Assembly (NCBI GenBank): GCA_038751055.1
Contig: JBCDGS010000007.1
Location: 5,612 to 69,611 of the forward strand
Length of the DNA stretch: 64,000 nucleotides
Origin: Pseudomonadota bacterium
GTDB taxonomy: Bacteria > Pseudomonadota > Alphaproteobacteria > Rhodobacterales > Rhodobacteraceae
Direction of reading: 5' to 3'
Position numbers and translations under genes: made by a program. This document shows, one piece after another, positions 1 through 9,913 of this stretch. Each line of letters starts with the position of its first letter. Within the stretch, counting starts at the first letter, position 1. The notes under the pieces were generated by a model that was given only the letters and a program-made list of their open reading frames with translations, was not told where the DNA came from and searched no databases.

Positions 1-33
1 GAGCGCAGCCGCGCCCATCAGCATCTTTTTCAT
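1..33 (-). CDS. 5' end of an exported protein divergent from tpa (MKKMLMGAAAL...), possibly a taurine transporter substrate-binding protein; truncated by the window edge
   Basis: ATG at 33 (minus) preceded by an AGGGAGA RBS; signal-peptide-like start; product inferred only from context. Confidence 0.5.
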   Translation of the reverse strand, partial: MKKMLMGAAAL

Positions 34-237
34 ACCTTATTCTCCCTATTCGGATCGCCCCAACATAGCAGCTGCGGGGTTCCGACGCGCACCCAAACAC
101 ATGTCTGCCGTGCCGCAAAGATGAAAATTGAGGTCTGGCATCTCAATTGATGAAAGAAAGGGCGCTATGCCGCGACACTGCGCGCTGTGAAAATTTGCGG
201 GATAATTTCACGACGGGGCTTGCCAGACTCAGCAAAA

Positions 238-247
238 CTGGACCTAT
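238..247 (+). promoter_or_regulatory. TauR-like box CTGGACCTAT upstream of tpa
   Basis: 9/10 match to the CTGGAC(T/C)TAA direct-repeat unit described for Rhodobacter TauR; a weaker copy CCAGACTCAG lies at 223-232. Confidence 0.45.
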
Positions 248-277
248 TAGGGCATCTTTCTTCCACGGGAGGCCCTC

Positions 278-1678
278 ATGGACGGCAACATCAACGACAT
301 CAGCCAGATTATCGAACGCGACAAAGCGCATGTCTGGCATCACCTGATCCAACACGCGCCGTTCGAGACCGTCGATCCCAAGATCATCGTTGAGGGCAAG
401 GGCGTCCGCGTTTGGGATCAGGACGGCAAGGAACACATAGATGCCGTCTCCGGGGGGGTCTGGACGGTCAATGTCGGCTACGGCCGCGAGCGCATCGCCG
501 ATGCCGTCCGCGACCAGCTCGTCAAAATGAATTACTTTGCCGGGGCAACGGGATCGATCCCAGGCGCCACCTTCGCAGAGATGCTGACCGCGAAGATGCC
601 CGGTATGACCCGGGTCTACTATTCAAACTCGGGGTCCGAGGCGAACGAGAAGGCCTACAAGATGGTCCGCCAGATCGCCCACAAGCGGTATGGGGGGAAG
701 AAGTACAAGATCCTCTACCGCGAGCGCGACTACCACGGCACGACCATCGGCACGATGGCCTCTGGCGGGCATCACCAGCGCAATGCGCAATACGGCCCCT
801 TCCCCGAAGGCTTCATCCCCGTGCCGCATTGCCTGGAATACCGCGCCCATGAACAGGACTGGGCTGAAGGCCTCTCGGGCGAAGCCTACGGAATCGCCGC
901 GGCCAACGAGATCGAAAAGGTCATCCTGCGCGAAGGCGCCGACACCGTGGGCGGCCTCATCCTCGAACCTGTCACCGCTGGCGGCGGCGTCATCACCCCG
1001 CCGGAAGGCTACTGGCCGCGCGTGCAGGAGATCTGCAATGAGTACGGCGTCCTTCTCATCATCGACGAAGTCGTCTGCGGCGTTGGCCGCACGGGGCAGT
1101 GGTTCGGCTACCAGAACTTTGACGTGAAGCCCGACATCGTCACCATGGCCAAGGGCGTGGCGTCCGGCTATGCGGCGATTTCCTGCACGGTGACGACCGA
1201 AGAGGTCTTCCAGATGTTCAAGGACGACGCGTCAGACCCCATGAACTATTTCCGCGATATCTCCACCTTCGGGGGCTGCACCGCAGGCCCGGCAGCGGCC
1301 ATCGAGAACATGAAGATCATCGAAGAAGAGGATCTGCTGTCAAACACGCTCGCCATGGGCGCACACATGATGGGCCGCCTCGGAGAACTCGCCGAAAAGC
1401 ACGAAGTCATCGGCCAGACCCGGGGCATGGGCCTCTTCTGCGGGGCGGAACTCGTGAAGGATCGCGAAACGCGCGAACCGGCCGATGAAGCCCATGTGCA
1501 GGCCGTCGTGAAGGACTGCATGGCGCAAGGGATCGTGATCGGGGCGACGAACCGCTCCTTCCATGGGTACAACAACACGCTTTGCTTCTCGCCCGCGCTG
1601 ATCTCTATGGCCGATGATATCGACGCGGTGGTCGCCGGCGTAGATGCCGCTCTCACCAGGGTTTTCGCCGCAAGCTGA
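278..1678 (+). CDS. tpa: Taurine-pyruvate aminotransferase (class III PLP)
   Basis: LIIDEVVCGVGRTG, DIVTMAKG and YHGTT motifs; GGGAGG RBS; adjacent to xsc and pta. Confidence 0.9.
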   Translation: MDGNINDISQIIERDKAHVWHHLIQHAPFETVDPKIIVEGKGVRVWDQDGKEHIDAVSGGVWTVNVGYGRERIADAVRDQLVKMNYFAGATGSIPGATFAEMLTAKMPGMTRVYYSNSGSEANEKAYKMVRQIAHKRYGGKKYKILYRERDYHGTTIGTMASGGHHQRNAQYGPFPEGFIPVPHCLEYRAHEQDWAEGLSGEAYGIAAANEIEKVILREGADTVGGLILEPVTAGGGVITPPEGYWPRVQEICNEYGVLLIIDEVVCGVGRTGQWFGYQNFDVKPDIVTMAKGVASGYAAISCTVTTEEVFQMFKDDASDPMNYFRDISTFGGCTAGPAAAIENMKIIEEEDLLSNTLAMGAHMMGRLGELAEKHEVIGQTRGMGLFCGAELVKDRETREPADEAHVQAVVKDCMAQGIVIGATNRSFHGYNNTLCFSPALISMADDIDAVVAGVDAALTRVFAAS

Positions 1679-1683
1679 CCGTA

Positions 1684-1712
1684 TTGACAGAAAATGAGAA
1701 TTTTCTTATCAC
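1684..1712 (+). promoter_or_regulatory. Sigma70-type promoter for xsc-pta
   Basis: TTGACA at 1684-1689, 17 bp spacer, TATCAC at 1707-1712, in an AT-rich intergenic region. Confidence 0.55.
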
Positions 1713-1744
1713 TGAGTGTGAATTTTGCGCCAAATTCACACTCA
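1713..1744. promoter_or_regulatory. Perfect 13-bp inverted repeat, candidate operator
   Basis: TGAGTGTGAATTT-tgcgcc-AAATTCACACTCA immediately downstream of the -10 element. Confidence 0.55.
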
Positions 1745-1851
1745 AATGAAATTTTTTGCCAAATTTTCACTGGCCCGACTCGGCTAAGGGCCTTACAAGT
1801 CTGTAAAGACACCCGCACCGATGCGTGCCGCCCATTCGAAAGGTCCAACTC

Positions 1852-3645
1852 ATGAAAATGACGACAGAAGAAGCATTCGTGAAAGTTTTGCAACGTCACG
1901 GGATTGAGCACGCCTTTGGGATCATCGGATCGGCCATGATGCCGATCTCGGACCTCTTCCCGCAGGCCGGAATTATGTTCTGGGACTGCGCCCATGAGGG
2001 CTCAGCGGGCTTCATGTCCGACGGCTACACCCGCGCCACGGGCAAGATGTCGATGATGATCGCGCAGAACGGCCCGGGCATCACGAACTTTGTGACCGCT
2101 GTGAAGACGGCCTACTGGAACCACACGCCGCTCTTGCTGGTGACGCCGCAGGCCGCCAACAAGACCATCGGTCAGGGCGGCTTCCAGGAAGTGGAACAGA
2201 TGGCGCTCTTTGAAGACATGGTCGCCTATCAGGAGGAGGTGCGTGATCCCTCCCGCGTGGCCGAGGTCCTGACCCGCGTGATCTCTCAAGCCAAGCGCCT
2301 GTCCGGCCCGGCCCAGCTCAACATTCCGCGCGATATGTGGACTCAGGTCATCGATATCGAGATCCCCGATCCCATTGAGTTCGAGCGCTCGCCCGGCGGC
2401 GAGAACTCTGTGGCAAAAGCGGCAGAGATCCTGTCGAATGCCAAGAACCCCGTCCTTTTGAACGGCGCGGGAGTTGTCCTGTCCGACGGCGGGATCGAGG
2501 CGTCGAAGGCGCTGGCGGAGCGGCTCGATGCGCCGGTCTGCGTGGGATACCAGCACAATGACGCGTTCCCGGGCTCCCATCCCCTCTTTGCTGGGCCGTT
2601 GGGCTATAACGGCTCGAAGGCGGGTATGGAGCTTATCAAGCAGGCCGACGTCGTGCTGTGCCTCGGCACGCGCCTCAACCCGTTCTCCACCCTGCCCGGC
2701 TACGGCATGGATTACTGGCCCGACGACGCGACCATCATCCAGGTCGATATCAACCCGGACCGCATCGGCCTGACCAAGAAGGTCACCGTGGGCATCGTGG
2801 GCGACGCCGCCAAGGTCGCGAACGGCATCCTTGCCGGGCTGAGCGCCACCGCCGGTGATGCAGGTCGCAAGGAGCGCAAGGAAAAGATTGCGCAGACGAA
2901 GTCGACGTGGAAGCAGCAGCTGACCGAGATGACGCATGAGGATGACGATCCCGGCACCACCTGGAATGAGCGTGCGCGGGATGCCAAGCCTGACTGGATG
3001 AGCCCCCGCATGGCGTGGCGCGCAATCCAGAGCGCCCTGCCCCGCGAGGCGATCATCTCGTCGGACATCGGGAACAACTGCGCCATCGGCAATGCCTACC
3101 CGGACTTCGATCAGGGCCGGAAATACCTCGCCCCCGGGCTCTTCGGGCCCTGTGGCTACGGCCTGCCGTCCATCGTCGGCGCCAAGATCGGCTGCCCGGA
3201 CGTGCCCGTCGTGGGCTTTGCGGGCGATGGTGCCTTCGGGATTGCGGTCAACGAGCTTACGGCCATCGGTCGGGGCGAATGGCCGCCGATAACGCAGATC
3301 GTGTTCCGCAACTACCAGTGGGGCGCGGAAAAGCGGAACTCAACGCTCTGGTTCGACGACAACTTCGTCGGCACCGAACTCGATGAAGAGGTGTCCTATG
3401 CCGGCATCGCCCAGGCCTGCGGCCTCAAGGGTGTCGTGGCGCGCACGATGGATGAGCTCACCGAAGCGCTCAACCAGGCGATCATCGACCAGATGCAGAA
3501 CGGTAAAACGACCCTCATCGAAGCGATGATCAACCAGGAGCTGGGCGAGCCCTTCCGCCGCGACGCTATGAAAAAGCCAGTCTCGGTGGCAGGCATTAAC
3601 CGCGCGGATATGGTTCCCCAACAGGTTGCCGAGGCCGCTGAGTAA
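1852..3645 (+). CDS. xsc: Sulfoacetaldehyde acetyltransferase (ThDP-dependent)
   Basis: MKMTTEEAFVKVL start, FGIIGSAMMPISD, ThDP motif GDGAFG...N, NYQWGAEKRN; start moved to the ATG at 1852. Confidence 0.93.
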   Translation: MKMTTEEAFVKVLQRHGIEHAFGIIGSAMMPISDLFPQAGIMFWDCAHEGSAGFMSDGYTRATGKMSMMIAQNGPGITNFVTAVKTAYWNHTPLLLVTPQAANKTIGQGGFQEVEQMALFEDMVAYQEEVRDPSRVAEVLTRVISQAKRLSGPAQLNIPRDMWTQVIDIEIPDPIEFERSPGGENSVAKAAEILSNAKNPVLLNGAGVVLSDGGIEASKALAERLDAPVCVGYQHNDAFPGSHPLFAGPLGYNGSKAGMELIKQADVVLCLGTRLNPFSTLPGYGMDYWPDDATIIQVDINPDRIGLTKKVTVGIVGDAAKVANGILAGLSATAGDAGRKERKEKIAQTKSTWKQQLTEMTHEDDDPGTTWNERARDAKPDWMSPRMAWRAIQSALPREAIISSDIGNNCAIGNAYPDFDQGRKYLAPGLFGPCGYGLPSIVGAKIGCPDVPVVGFAGDGAFGIAVNELTAIGRGEWPPITQIVFRNYQWGAEKRNSTLWFDDNFVGTELDEEVSYAGIAQACGLKGVVARTMDELTEALNQAIIDQMQNGKTTLIEAMINQELGEPFRRDAMKKPVSVAGINRADMVPQQVAEAAE

Positions 3646-3647
3646 AC

Positions 3648-4619
3648 ATGACGGCGCCCGTCCTGCAGGCCCTGCGGGAGCGGGCGACGCGTGACCTCAA
3701 GACAATCGTACTAAGCGAGGGCGACGACCCGCGCGTCATCGCCGCCGCCGAGGACGCCGTACGCATGGGCCTGGCACAGGTGATGTTGGTGGGTGGTCCG
3801 GGTGTCGCCGGGGCAGAGCTTCACGATCCGGCCACGTCGCCACTCCGGGACGAATTCATCGAAACGCTCCTCGCGCGTCGAGGCCACAAGGGCATGACGC
3901 CCGAACGCGCGGCCACGGAAGTGGGCAAGCGCCTTGTCTTCGCGGCGCTTCTGGTGGCGACGGGTCGCGCCGACGGGACCGTGGGTGGCGCTGTAGAGAC
4001 GACATCCGCGACCGTACGCGCGGCGCTCCAGATCATCGGCAAGAGGGCGGATGCGACGCTCGTGTCGTCCTTCTTTCTCATGGTGCTGCCCGAGGGCCAC
4101 CCGTCGGAACGGGACGCGATGATCTTTTCGGACGCGGGCCTCATTGTTGAGCCCACGTCCGACGAATTGGCGGCCATTGCGGCCCAGTCCGCCGCCTCAT
4201 GGGAGGCGCTCACCGGTCGCGAGGCACAGGTGGCGATGCTGTCATTCTCGACCAAGGGCTCGGCGCAACACCAACGCGTGACCAAGGTCACGGATGCGCT
4301 CGCCCTCGTCCAGGAGGCGCATCCAACGCTGGCGATCGACGGCGAATTGCAATTCGACGCCGCTTTCGTGCCTGACGTGGGCGCGGTCAAGGCCCCCGGA
4401 TCCCCTGTGGCGGGGCAGGCCAATGTGCTGATTTTTCCCAATCTCGAGGCAGGCAACATCGGCTACAAAATCGCGCAGAGGATCGGAGGCGCCGAAGCCA
4501 TCGGCCCCGTGCTGCAAGGCCTTGCCAAGCCCGCCAATGATCTGAGCCGTGGCTGCGTGACCGAAGACATCGTCAACATGATCGCCGTGACCGCCGCACA
4601 GGCGCAATCCAAAGGCTAG
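3648..4619 (+). CDS. pta: Phosphate acetyltransferase
   Basis: LSFSTKGS, DGELQFDAA, FPNLEAGNIGYK and NDLSRGC motifs; directly follows xsc. Confidence 0.92.
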   Translation: MTAPVLQALRERATRDLKTIVLSEGDDPRVIAAAEDAVRMGLAQVMLVGGPGVAGAELHDPATSPLRDEFIETLLARRGHKGMTPERAATEVGKRLVFAALLVATGRADGTVGGAVETTSATVRAALQIIGKRADATLVSSFFLMVLPEGHPSERDAMIFSDAGLIVEPTSDELAAIAAQSAASWEALTGREAQVAMLSFSTKGSAQHQRVTKVTDALALVQEAHPTLAIDGELQFDAAFVPDVGAVKAPGSPVAGQANVLIFPNLEAGNIGYKIAQRIGGAEAIGPVLQGLAKPANDLSRGCVTEDIVNMIAVTAAQAQSKG

Positions 4620-4628
4620 GCCAGACTT

Positions 4629-4836
4629 CGTGGCGCGTCCCCCAGCCCCCAGCGCAGCCGTGGCTTTCGGCAGACCAAAAAACGGCCTCCAGCTCGTGTT
4701 TCAGGCGTGCCGGGCGTCAAAGGTTCCCCTTGGGGAACCACTGTCGGGGGCGGCCCTGGACGGCTATGGTCCTCCGGGTCCTGTCCGTCGCTTCGATCTC
4801 CGCCAGCACCTCGCCGCTCCGACGGAGCCCGCCACG
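4629..4836. repeat. Structured intergenic element (MITE/REP-like)
   Basis: Imperfect terminal inverted repeats CGTGGCGCGTCC / GGAGCCCGCCACG; internal hairpins GGTTCCCC-tt-GGGGAACC (4722-4739) and GCTCC-gac-GGAGC. Confidence 0.35.
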
Positions 4837-4863
4837 TGAACCGCACCCAGCATTCGCTAGGTC

Positions 4864-5925
4864 ATGACCATCGCCACCTTCGAGGAGCCTTTTCCCATGG
4901 CTGACCGATCTGTCCTCGCCGCGCGCTTTGACGCCATGGGGAACCGCGCACGTGTCCTTGCGCCGGGGCTCATTACAGCGGTCGTCGTCGCGATCTGCGC
5001 GCAGTTTCTCGCGGACCACTATGCCACGCCTGCGATGCTTCTGGCCCTCCTCCTCGGCATCGCCATGGGGTTTCTGGGCGAGGAAGGGCGCGCTGTTGAC
5101 GGGATCAGCTTTGCGGGCCGCACGCTCCTGCGGCTCGGAGTGGCGTTTCTGGGCGTGCGGATCTCGGCGCAGCTGATGCTCGAACTCGGTGCTGAACTCA
5201 TTGCGCTCGTCGTGGCGGCGGTGCTTGCAACCATCGCCTTCGGCCTCGCCGTGGGGCGCTTCTTTGGGGCGAAATGGCGCTTTTCGCTGCTCACGGGCGG
5301 TTCGGTCGCGATTTGCGGCGCATCGGCGGCCATCGCCATCGCCGCAATTCTCCCGAAGGACGAACGCTCAGAGGAGCGGCTCCTTTTCACGGTCATGGGA
5401 GTCACCGTGCTCTCGACACTTGCCATGATCATCTACCCGATCCTTACCGGGCTTCGGGGCTTTGGCGAGTTCGAGGCCGGCGTCTTCCTTGGCGCCTCAA
5501 TCCATGATGTCGCGCAGGTCGTGGGCGCGGGATACACGATATCCGAGGAAGCGGGGGATGTCGCAACGCTGGTGAAACTTTTCCGCGTGGCCATGCTGGC
5601 GCCCGTCGTCCTCGTGGCATCGCTGCTGATCCGGCATTACGCCACTGCCGATGAAAGTGGCGAGCGGCCCCCGCTTTTGCCGGGCTTCGTGCTGGGCTTT
5701 CTTGCCTTGGCGGCGATCTCGTCCTTTGGCCTTCTGCCCGAGGCGGTCGTGGAGCTCATGTCGTCTGCCTCCCGTTGGCTCCTGCTGACGGCTATCGCGG
5801 CGGTCGGGATGAAATCAAACCTCAAGCAGATCGTGGGGCTCGGTGGGGCAGCTGTGGCGCTCATCACGCTGGAGACGCTCTTTATTGCCGGCTTCGTGCT
5901 GGGTGGTCTCTACCTGCTCGGCTAA
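4864..5925 (+). CDS. tauZ: YeiH/PSE-family membrane protein, putative sulfate/sulfite exporter (TauZ-like)
   Basis: About 10 TM segments; GSVAICGASAA and GASIHDVAQVVGAG motifs; follows xsc-pta. The start may be the ATG at 4897. Confidence 0.75.
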   Translation: MTIATFEEPFPMADRSVLAARFDAMGNRARVLAPGLITAVVVAICAQFLADHYATPAMLLALLLGIAMGFLGEEGRAVDGISFAGRTLLRLGVAFLGVRISAQLMLELGAELIALVVAAVLATIAFGLAVGRFFGAKWRFSLLTGGSVAICGASAAIAIAAILPKDERSEERLLFTVMGVTVLSTLAMIIYPILTGLRGFGEFEAGVFLGASIHDVAQVVGAGYTISEEAGDVATLVKLFRVAMLAPVVLVASLLIRHYATADESGERPPLLPGFVLGFLALAAISSFGLLPEAVVELMSSASRWLLLTAIAAVGMKSNLKQIVGLGGAAVALITLETLFIAGFVLGGLYLLG

Positions 5926-5944
5926 AAGCGCCGTACTCCGGTCG

Positions 5945-6925
5945 CTAGCTTGACGCGCGTTTGATCAGGCGAACAGGCAACGGCTCTACCGCTGTGGCGC
6001 GGCCAGTCAAAAGCGCCACGGTTCGCGCGGCCATGGCGCCCACGTCCTGGGAAATCGTCGTGAGGCCATAGGCCGGGAACGCGCCCGCCGGGACATTGTC
6101 AAACCCCACGACACGGACATCGTCCGGCACCGACAGCCCCAGCTCATGGCGGAGCGTGTCGAGGACAACGAGCGCCATGTAGTCATTGGCGACGAAAACA
6201 CCGTCAGGACGCTCTGCGGCGTCAGCGAACATCGTGCGCGTCGCACGGCGTGCCTGCGCAGCCTCAAAGTTGCCAACCTCCCGGGCATGGAGGCCGAGAC
6301 CCGCCGCGCGCAGGCCAGAAAGGAGGCCCGCCTCCCGTTCGCGCTGGGTCGAGGCCCCCTCCCAACCGGCAATGTGACCGATCCGGCGCGCGCCTTGCGC
6401 CACAAGATGCTCTGCGGCCATGCGACCGCCGGCGCGGCTATCGGATATGACCGCTGCTTCGCCCGGATCGCCCTGGCGGCGGTTCAAAAGGACGACAGGC
6501 ACGCCCATGGCCCGGCACCGATTGGCGAGATCAGACGAAAGACCCACAGACGCCAGAACGAGCCCGTCGACCTGATAGTCGAGGATGTCCTCGACGACCG
6601 CCTCCGCCTGATCGCCCTCGGGCCCCGCCATGAACATGAGGATGTGGTAGCCCTCCTCCTGCAGCGCGTGACTCAGCCGTTCGAGGAGCGGCGGGTAGAA
6701 GTGATTGTCGAGATAGCTGACGACGAGGCCGATCATCCGGCTCGACCCCGTCAGGAGAGACCGGGCCAGGGCGTTCGGGCGGTACCCCAACTCCTTGGCC
6801 GCGCGGCGTACCTTGTCGGTGGTTTCCGACGACGCCGACGCGCCCGGCGTGAACACACGGCTTACCGCAGAGCGGCTCACGCCCGCGCGCTCTGCGACCT
6901 CGCTCGAGGTGACCTTGTCGCGCAT
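5945..6925 (-). CDS. LacI-family transcriptional regulator
   Basis: VTSSEVAERAGVSRSAVSRVF HTH, LGYRPNALAR hinge, VPDDVRVVGFD; the ATG at 6925 overlaps the upstream stop codon. Confidence 0.9.
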   Translation of the reverse strand: MRDKVTSSEVAERAGVSRSAVSRVFTPGASASSETTDKVRRAAKELGYRPNALARSLLTGSSRMIGLVVSYLDNHFYPPLLERLSHALQEEGYHILMFMAGPEGDQAEAVVEDILDYQVDGLVLASVGLSSDLANRCRAMGVPVVLLNRRQGDPGEAAVISDSRAGGRMAAEHLVAQGARRIGHIAGWEGASTQREREAGLLSGLRAAGLGLHAREVGNFEAAQARRATRTMFADAAERPDGVFVANDYMALVVLDTLRHELGLSVPDDVRVVGFDNVPAGAFPAYGLTTISQDVGAMAARTVALLTGRATAVEPLPVRLIKRASS

Positions 6926-7449
6926 CAGGGCGCGGGCGGCGTGGCGTCGCCCCGGTCGTAGCGCTCCCATCCCTTGCCGTCGAAGACGTCGACGCCGAGC
7001 TGGGCAAGGACATGGGGAAAGTCGACCATGACGTAGTTGTCGACGATCTTGCCATCGACCACTTTCCAGAAATCCATGTAGCGGACGGTGATGCGCTTGC
7101 CCGTGGCGGGCACGCCCATGAATTCGCCGCCATGGGTGACTTCCTGGCGCCCGAAGGCCGCGGCCCATTCACCCATATACATGCGCGCTTCATCCACGCA
7201 GACTTTGTCATGGAAGGCCGCCTGGAAGGGCTTTTGCCAGTTGTCCTGGAACTCGCGCAGGCCTTCCTTCGTGCCGCAGCCAGTATTGCCCATCCAGCGG
7301 AAGCCTTCGGCGAAGAACTCTCCGATATCGGCGATGCGGTGGTCGTTGAGACCGTCCACCATGCCCTCGATCACGGCGCGGGTGGCCTCCGTCTTGCTCA
7401 GGTCTGTGTCCCTGGTGAGCGTGGCCTGTTCGGGGCGAGAGCCTTTCAT
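6925..7449 (-). CDS. SnoaL-like ester cyclase family protein (single domain)
   Basis: THGGEFMGVPATGKRITVRYMDFWKVVDGKIVDNYVMVD is a typical ester-cyclase C-terminus; AAGGAGG RBS. Confidence 0.8.
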   Translation of the reverse strand: MKGSRPEQATLTRDTDLSKTEATRAVIEGMVDGLNDHRIADIGEFFAEGFRWMGNTGCGTKEGLREFQDNWQKPFQAAFHDKVCVDEARMYMGEWAAAFGRQEVTHGGEFMGVPATGKRITVRYMDFWKVVDGKIVDNYVMVDFPHVLAQLGVDVFDGKGWERYDRGDATPPAP

Positions 7450-7478
7450 GTATCCTCCTTCACGGCGCTGCGTGGTTT

Positions 7479-8972
7479 CTAGAGATCCTGCGCGATCAGT
7501 TCCGCGCCCTTGTAGCCGATCATCATCGATGGGGCGTTGGTGTTGGCCGACGTGAGGCGGGGCATGATGGACGCATCAACGACCCAGGCCCCCTCCACAC
7601 CCCGCACAGAGAGGCGGGGCGTCACGACCGACGCGTCATCCTCGCCCATCCGGCAGGTGCCTACCGGGTGATAGGCCGTCCCGGCGCGGTTGCGGATGAC
7701 CTCTTTCAGGGCAGGCCCGGTCAAGCCCTTCGCCGGGCCGACCTCCCGCCCGCGCTTGGCCCCGAAGTCAGCGGCCTCCAGCAGCTCCCGCAAGCGGTCC
7801 ACCCCGGCGGTCAACGTGTCGAGATCGCTTTCCTCCCGGAAGAGGCCAAGATCAAAGACCGGCGGCTCTGCCGGGTCGGCGGAGGCGAGGCGCAAGTGCC
7901 CCCGCGATTTCGGGCGGCAGAGACAGACATCGGCGAAGTACCCCGATTTCAGCGCGTATGTGTTGCCCGCATGGTCGAGGTGGAACGGGATGAAATGGCT
8001 TTGCACATCCGGTTCTGGGCTGTCACCGCGCGCATTGAAGAATGCCCCGCCTTCGACCGTGGGCGAGGCGAGCGGGCCCCGACGCACAAAGAGATCGATC
8101 GGCGCGCGGGCCCAGTTCCACCACTGCGCCGGTTCCAGTCCGTAGCCGGTGCCCGCCCCCTCGAAGTGAAGCCCGAAGCCCGGGTGATCCTGAAGGTTTT
8201 CGCCCACATCCTCGGACGCGACGCGCACGCCAATGCCGTGCCTTGCAAGCTGCGCGGACGGCCCGATCCCGGAGCGCATGAGGATGGCCGGGGACATGAT
8301 GGACCCCGCTGCCAGCACCACGCCCTTGTTGGCGTCGATTCTAGTTCCATCGGTGAGCAGGACGCCCGCAACCCGCCCGCCACGCCAGGTAAGGCGATCC
8401 ACAGGTGCGCCGGTCGTGACCGGCATCTCATGTTCCTTCAGGAACGCGCGAGCCGATGAGTTCCGCCGCCCGCCCTTCATGTTGTGCGAGAAGACACCAG
8501 CGCTTTCACGGTCGGGTGTTGGCGTTCCCGAATTCGTCGGCAGCATCGCCTCGAGCCCCTGGGTGAGCGGGTGCGTGTTTTCCAGCCGATGGGGCGTGAG
8601 CTTTTCCTCCACTGCCTCGAAGGCGCTTTCCAGGTCGGAATACGCCCCGCCCCCTACCCCCCAAGCGTCGAAGTCAGCCGCGCGGCCCCGGAACCAGACC
8701 ATGGAATTGATCGAGCCAGAGCCGCCTACCATCTTGCCCCGCGGCGCGCTGACGCGCCGGCTTCCGGCTTCGCGCATGGGCATGGTTTTCAGGCCCCAAT
8801 CCCGCGCCGAACCAATGAGCCATGTGAGACCCATGGGCATGGCGACGAGGGGGTGTCGGTCCGACGGTCCGGCCTCCAGCACGAGGATCTTTCCGGCGCC
8901 GCGGCGGTGGAGTTCTGCCGCGGCCACGCACCCTGCGGACCCGGCGCCGACGACGATGACGTCATAGGGCAT
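7479..8972 (-). CDS. GMC family FAD oxidoreductase
   Basis: [37 protein letters not shown] and [10 protein letters not shown] (His/Asn catalytic pair). Confidence 0.9.
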   Translation of the reverse strand: MPYDVIVVGAGSAGCVAAAELHRRGAGKILVLEAGPSDRHPLVAMPMGLTWLIGSARDWGLKTMPMREAGSRRVSAPRGKMVGGSGSINSMVWFRGRAADFDAWGVGGGAYSDLESAFEAVEEKLTPHRLENTHPLTQGLEAMLPTNSGTPTPDRESAGVFSHNMKGGRRNSSARAFLKEHEMPVTTGAPVDRLTWRGGRVAGVLLTDGTRIDANKGVVLAAGSIMSPAILMRSGIGPSAQLARHGIGVRVASEDVGENLQDHPGFGLHFEGAGTGYGLEPAQWWNWARAPIDLFVRRGPLASPTVEGGAFFNARGDSPEPDVQSHFIPFHLDHAGNTYALKSGYFADVCLCRPKSRGHLRLASADPAEPPVFDLGLFREESDLDTLTAGVDRLRELLEAADFGAKRGREVGPAKGLTGPALKEVIRNRAGTAYHPVGTCRMGEDDASVVTPRLSVRGVEGAWVVDASIMPRLTSANTNAPSMMIGYKGAELIAQDL

Positions 8973-9027
8973 CTGGCTCTCCCGAATAGCTCGATGGGGG
9001 GCTGGCGCGACGGCTGGCCCCTGCCAT

Positions 9028-9912
9028 CTACCCTTTGACCGCTCCCGCCGTAAGGCCCGAAACGATCTGGCGCTGGAAGAACATCACGAGGACAAAGAGA
9101 GGCGCCGTCGCCGACACCACCGCCGCCACGGCAAACATGACGTTGCCCTCGGTCTGCGTGGTTCCGAGGAACGCCGCGATCTGGGGGACCATGGTGCGAT
9201 TGGCTTCGTTCAGGATGAGCGAGGTCACCACAAAGTCGTTGTAGGCCAGAAGGAATGAAAACAGCCCGGTGGTGATAACGCCCGGCCACATGACCGGAAT
9301 GATCACGTGCCGGAAGGCCTGGAACTGCGTGCAGCCGTCCACCTTTGCGGCCTCATCGAGGTCCTTCGGGATCGACTCAAAGAATGAGTGCAGCATCCAA
9401 AGCGTAAACGGCTGGTTAATCGCCACGAGCACGATGATCGCCGTGGGCAGGTAGCCCCAGATGTTCCACTGAAAGAAGATCGGCAGATAGCCCGATACGA
9501 GCGTGATCTGCGGCAGCGCGCGAAACATGAGCGCGATGATGAGAAGCCAGAAGACGTATTTGAACCCTGACCGCGACAGCGCGTAGCCCCCGAGCGTACC
9601 GATCGTCAGAGACACGCTGACCACGCAAAGGCACACGATCGCGGTGTTGAACATGTTGCTCCAGAATGCGTTCTCCACAAAGGCGCCTTCGTAGCCCGCC
9701 CCCGTGAAGGAGCTGCCATGGGTATTTTCTGTGTTGGCCCCGGTCAGCGCGTTCGTCCAGTCCGCGATGGAGAAGAAGTCGAGCTCGACCTTGAAGGACC
9801 CCCAGAGCGTCCAGAAGAACGGGAGGGCGGCCATCATGAACCAGATGCCCACGAAGATCCAAAGTCCGATCTGAAGCGGAAGCGGGCGGCGTTGTGCGGC
9901 GGAGGTCGACAT
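9028..9912 (-). CDS. Carbohydrate (CUT1) ABC transporter permease, MalG-like
   Basis: EAA loop [13 protein letters not shown]; ends [13 protein letters not shown]. Confidence 0.9.
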   Translation of the reverse strand: MSTSAAQRRPLPLQIGLWIFVGIWFMMAALPFFWTLWGSFKVELDFFSIADWTNALTGANTENTHGSSFTGAGYEGAFVENAFWSNMFNTAIVCLCVVSVSLTIGTLGGYALSRSGFKYVFWLLIIALMFRALPQITLVSGYLPIFFQWNIWGYLPTAIIVLVAINQPFTLWMLHSFFESIPKDLDEAAKVDGCTQFQAFRHVIIPVMWPGVITTGLFSFLLAYNDFVVTSLILNEANRTMVPQIAAFLGTTQTEGNVMFAVAAVVSATAPLFVLVMFFQRQIVSGLTAGAVKG

Positions 9913-9913
9913 C

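Noticed and set aside
7479-8972. Calling the GMC enzyme choline dehydrogenase betA
   Set aside because: Only generic GMC motifs are present, and there is no betB/betI context.
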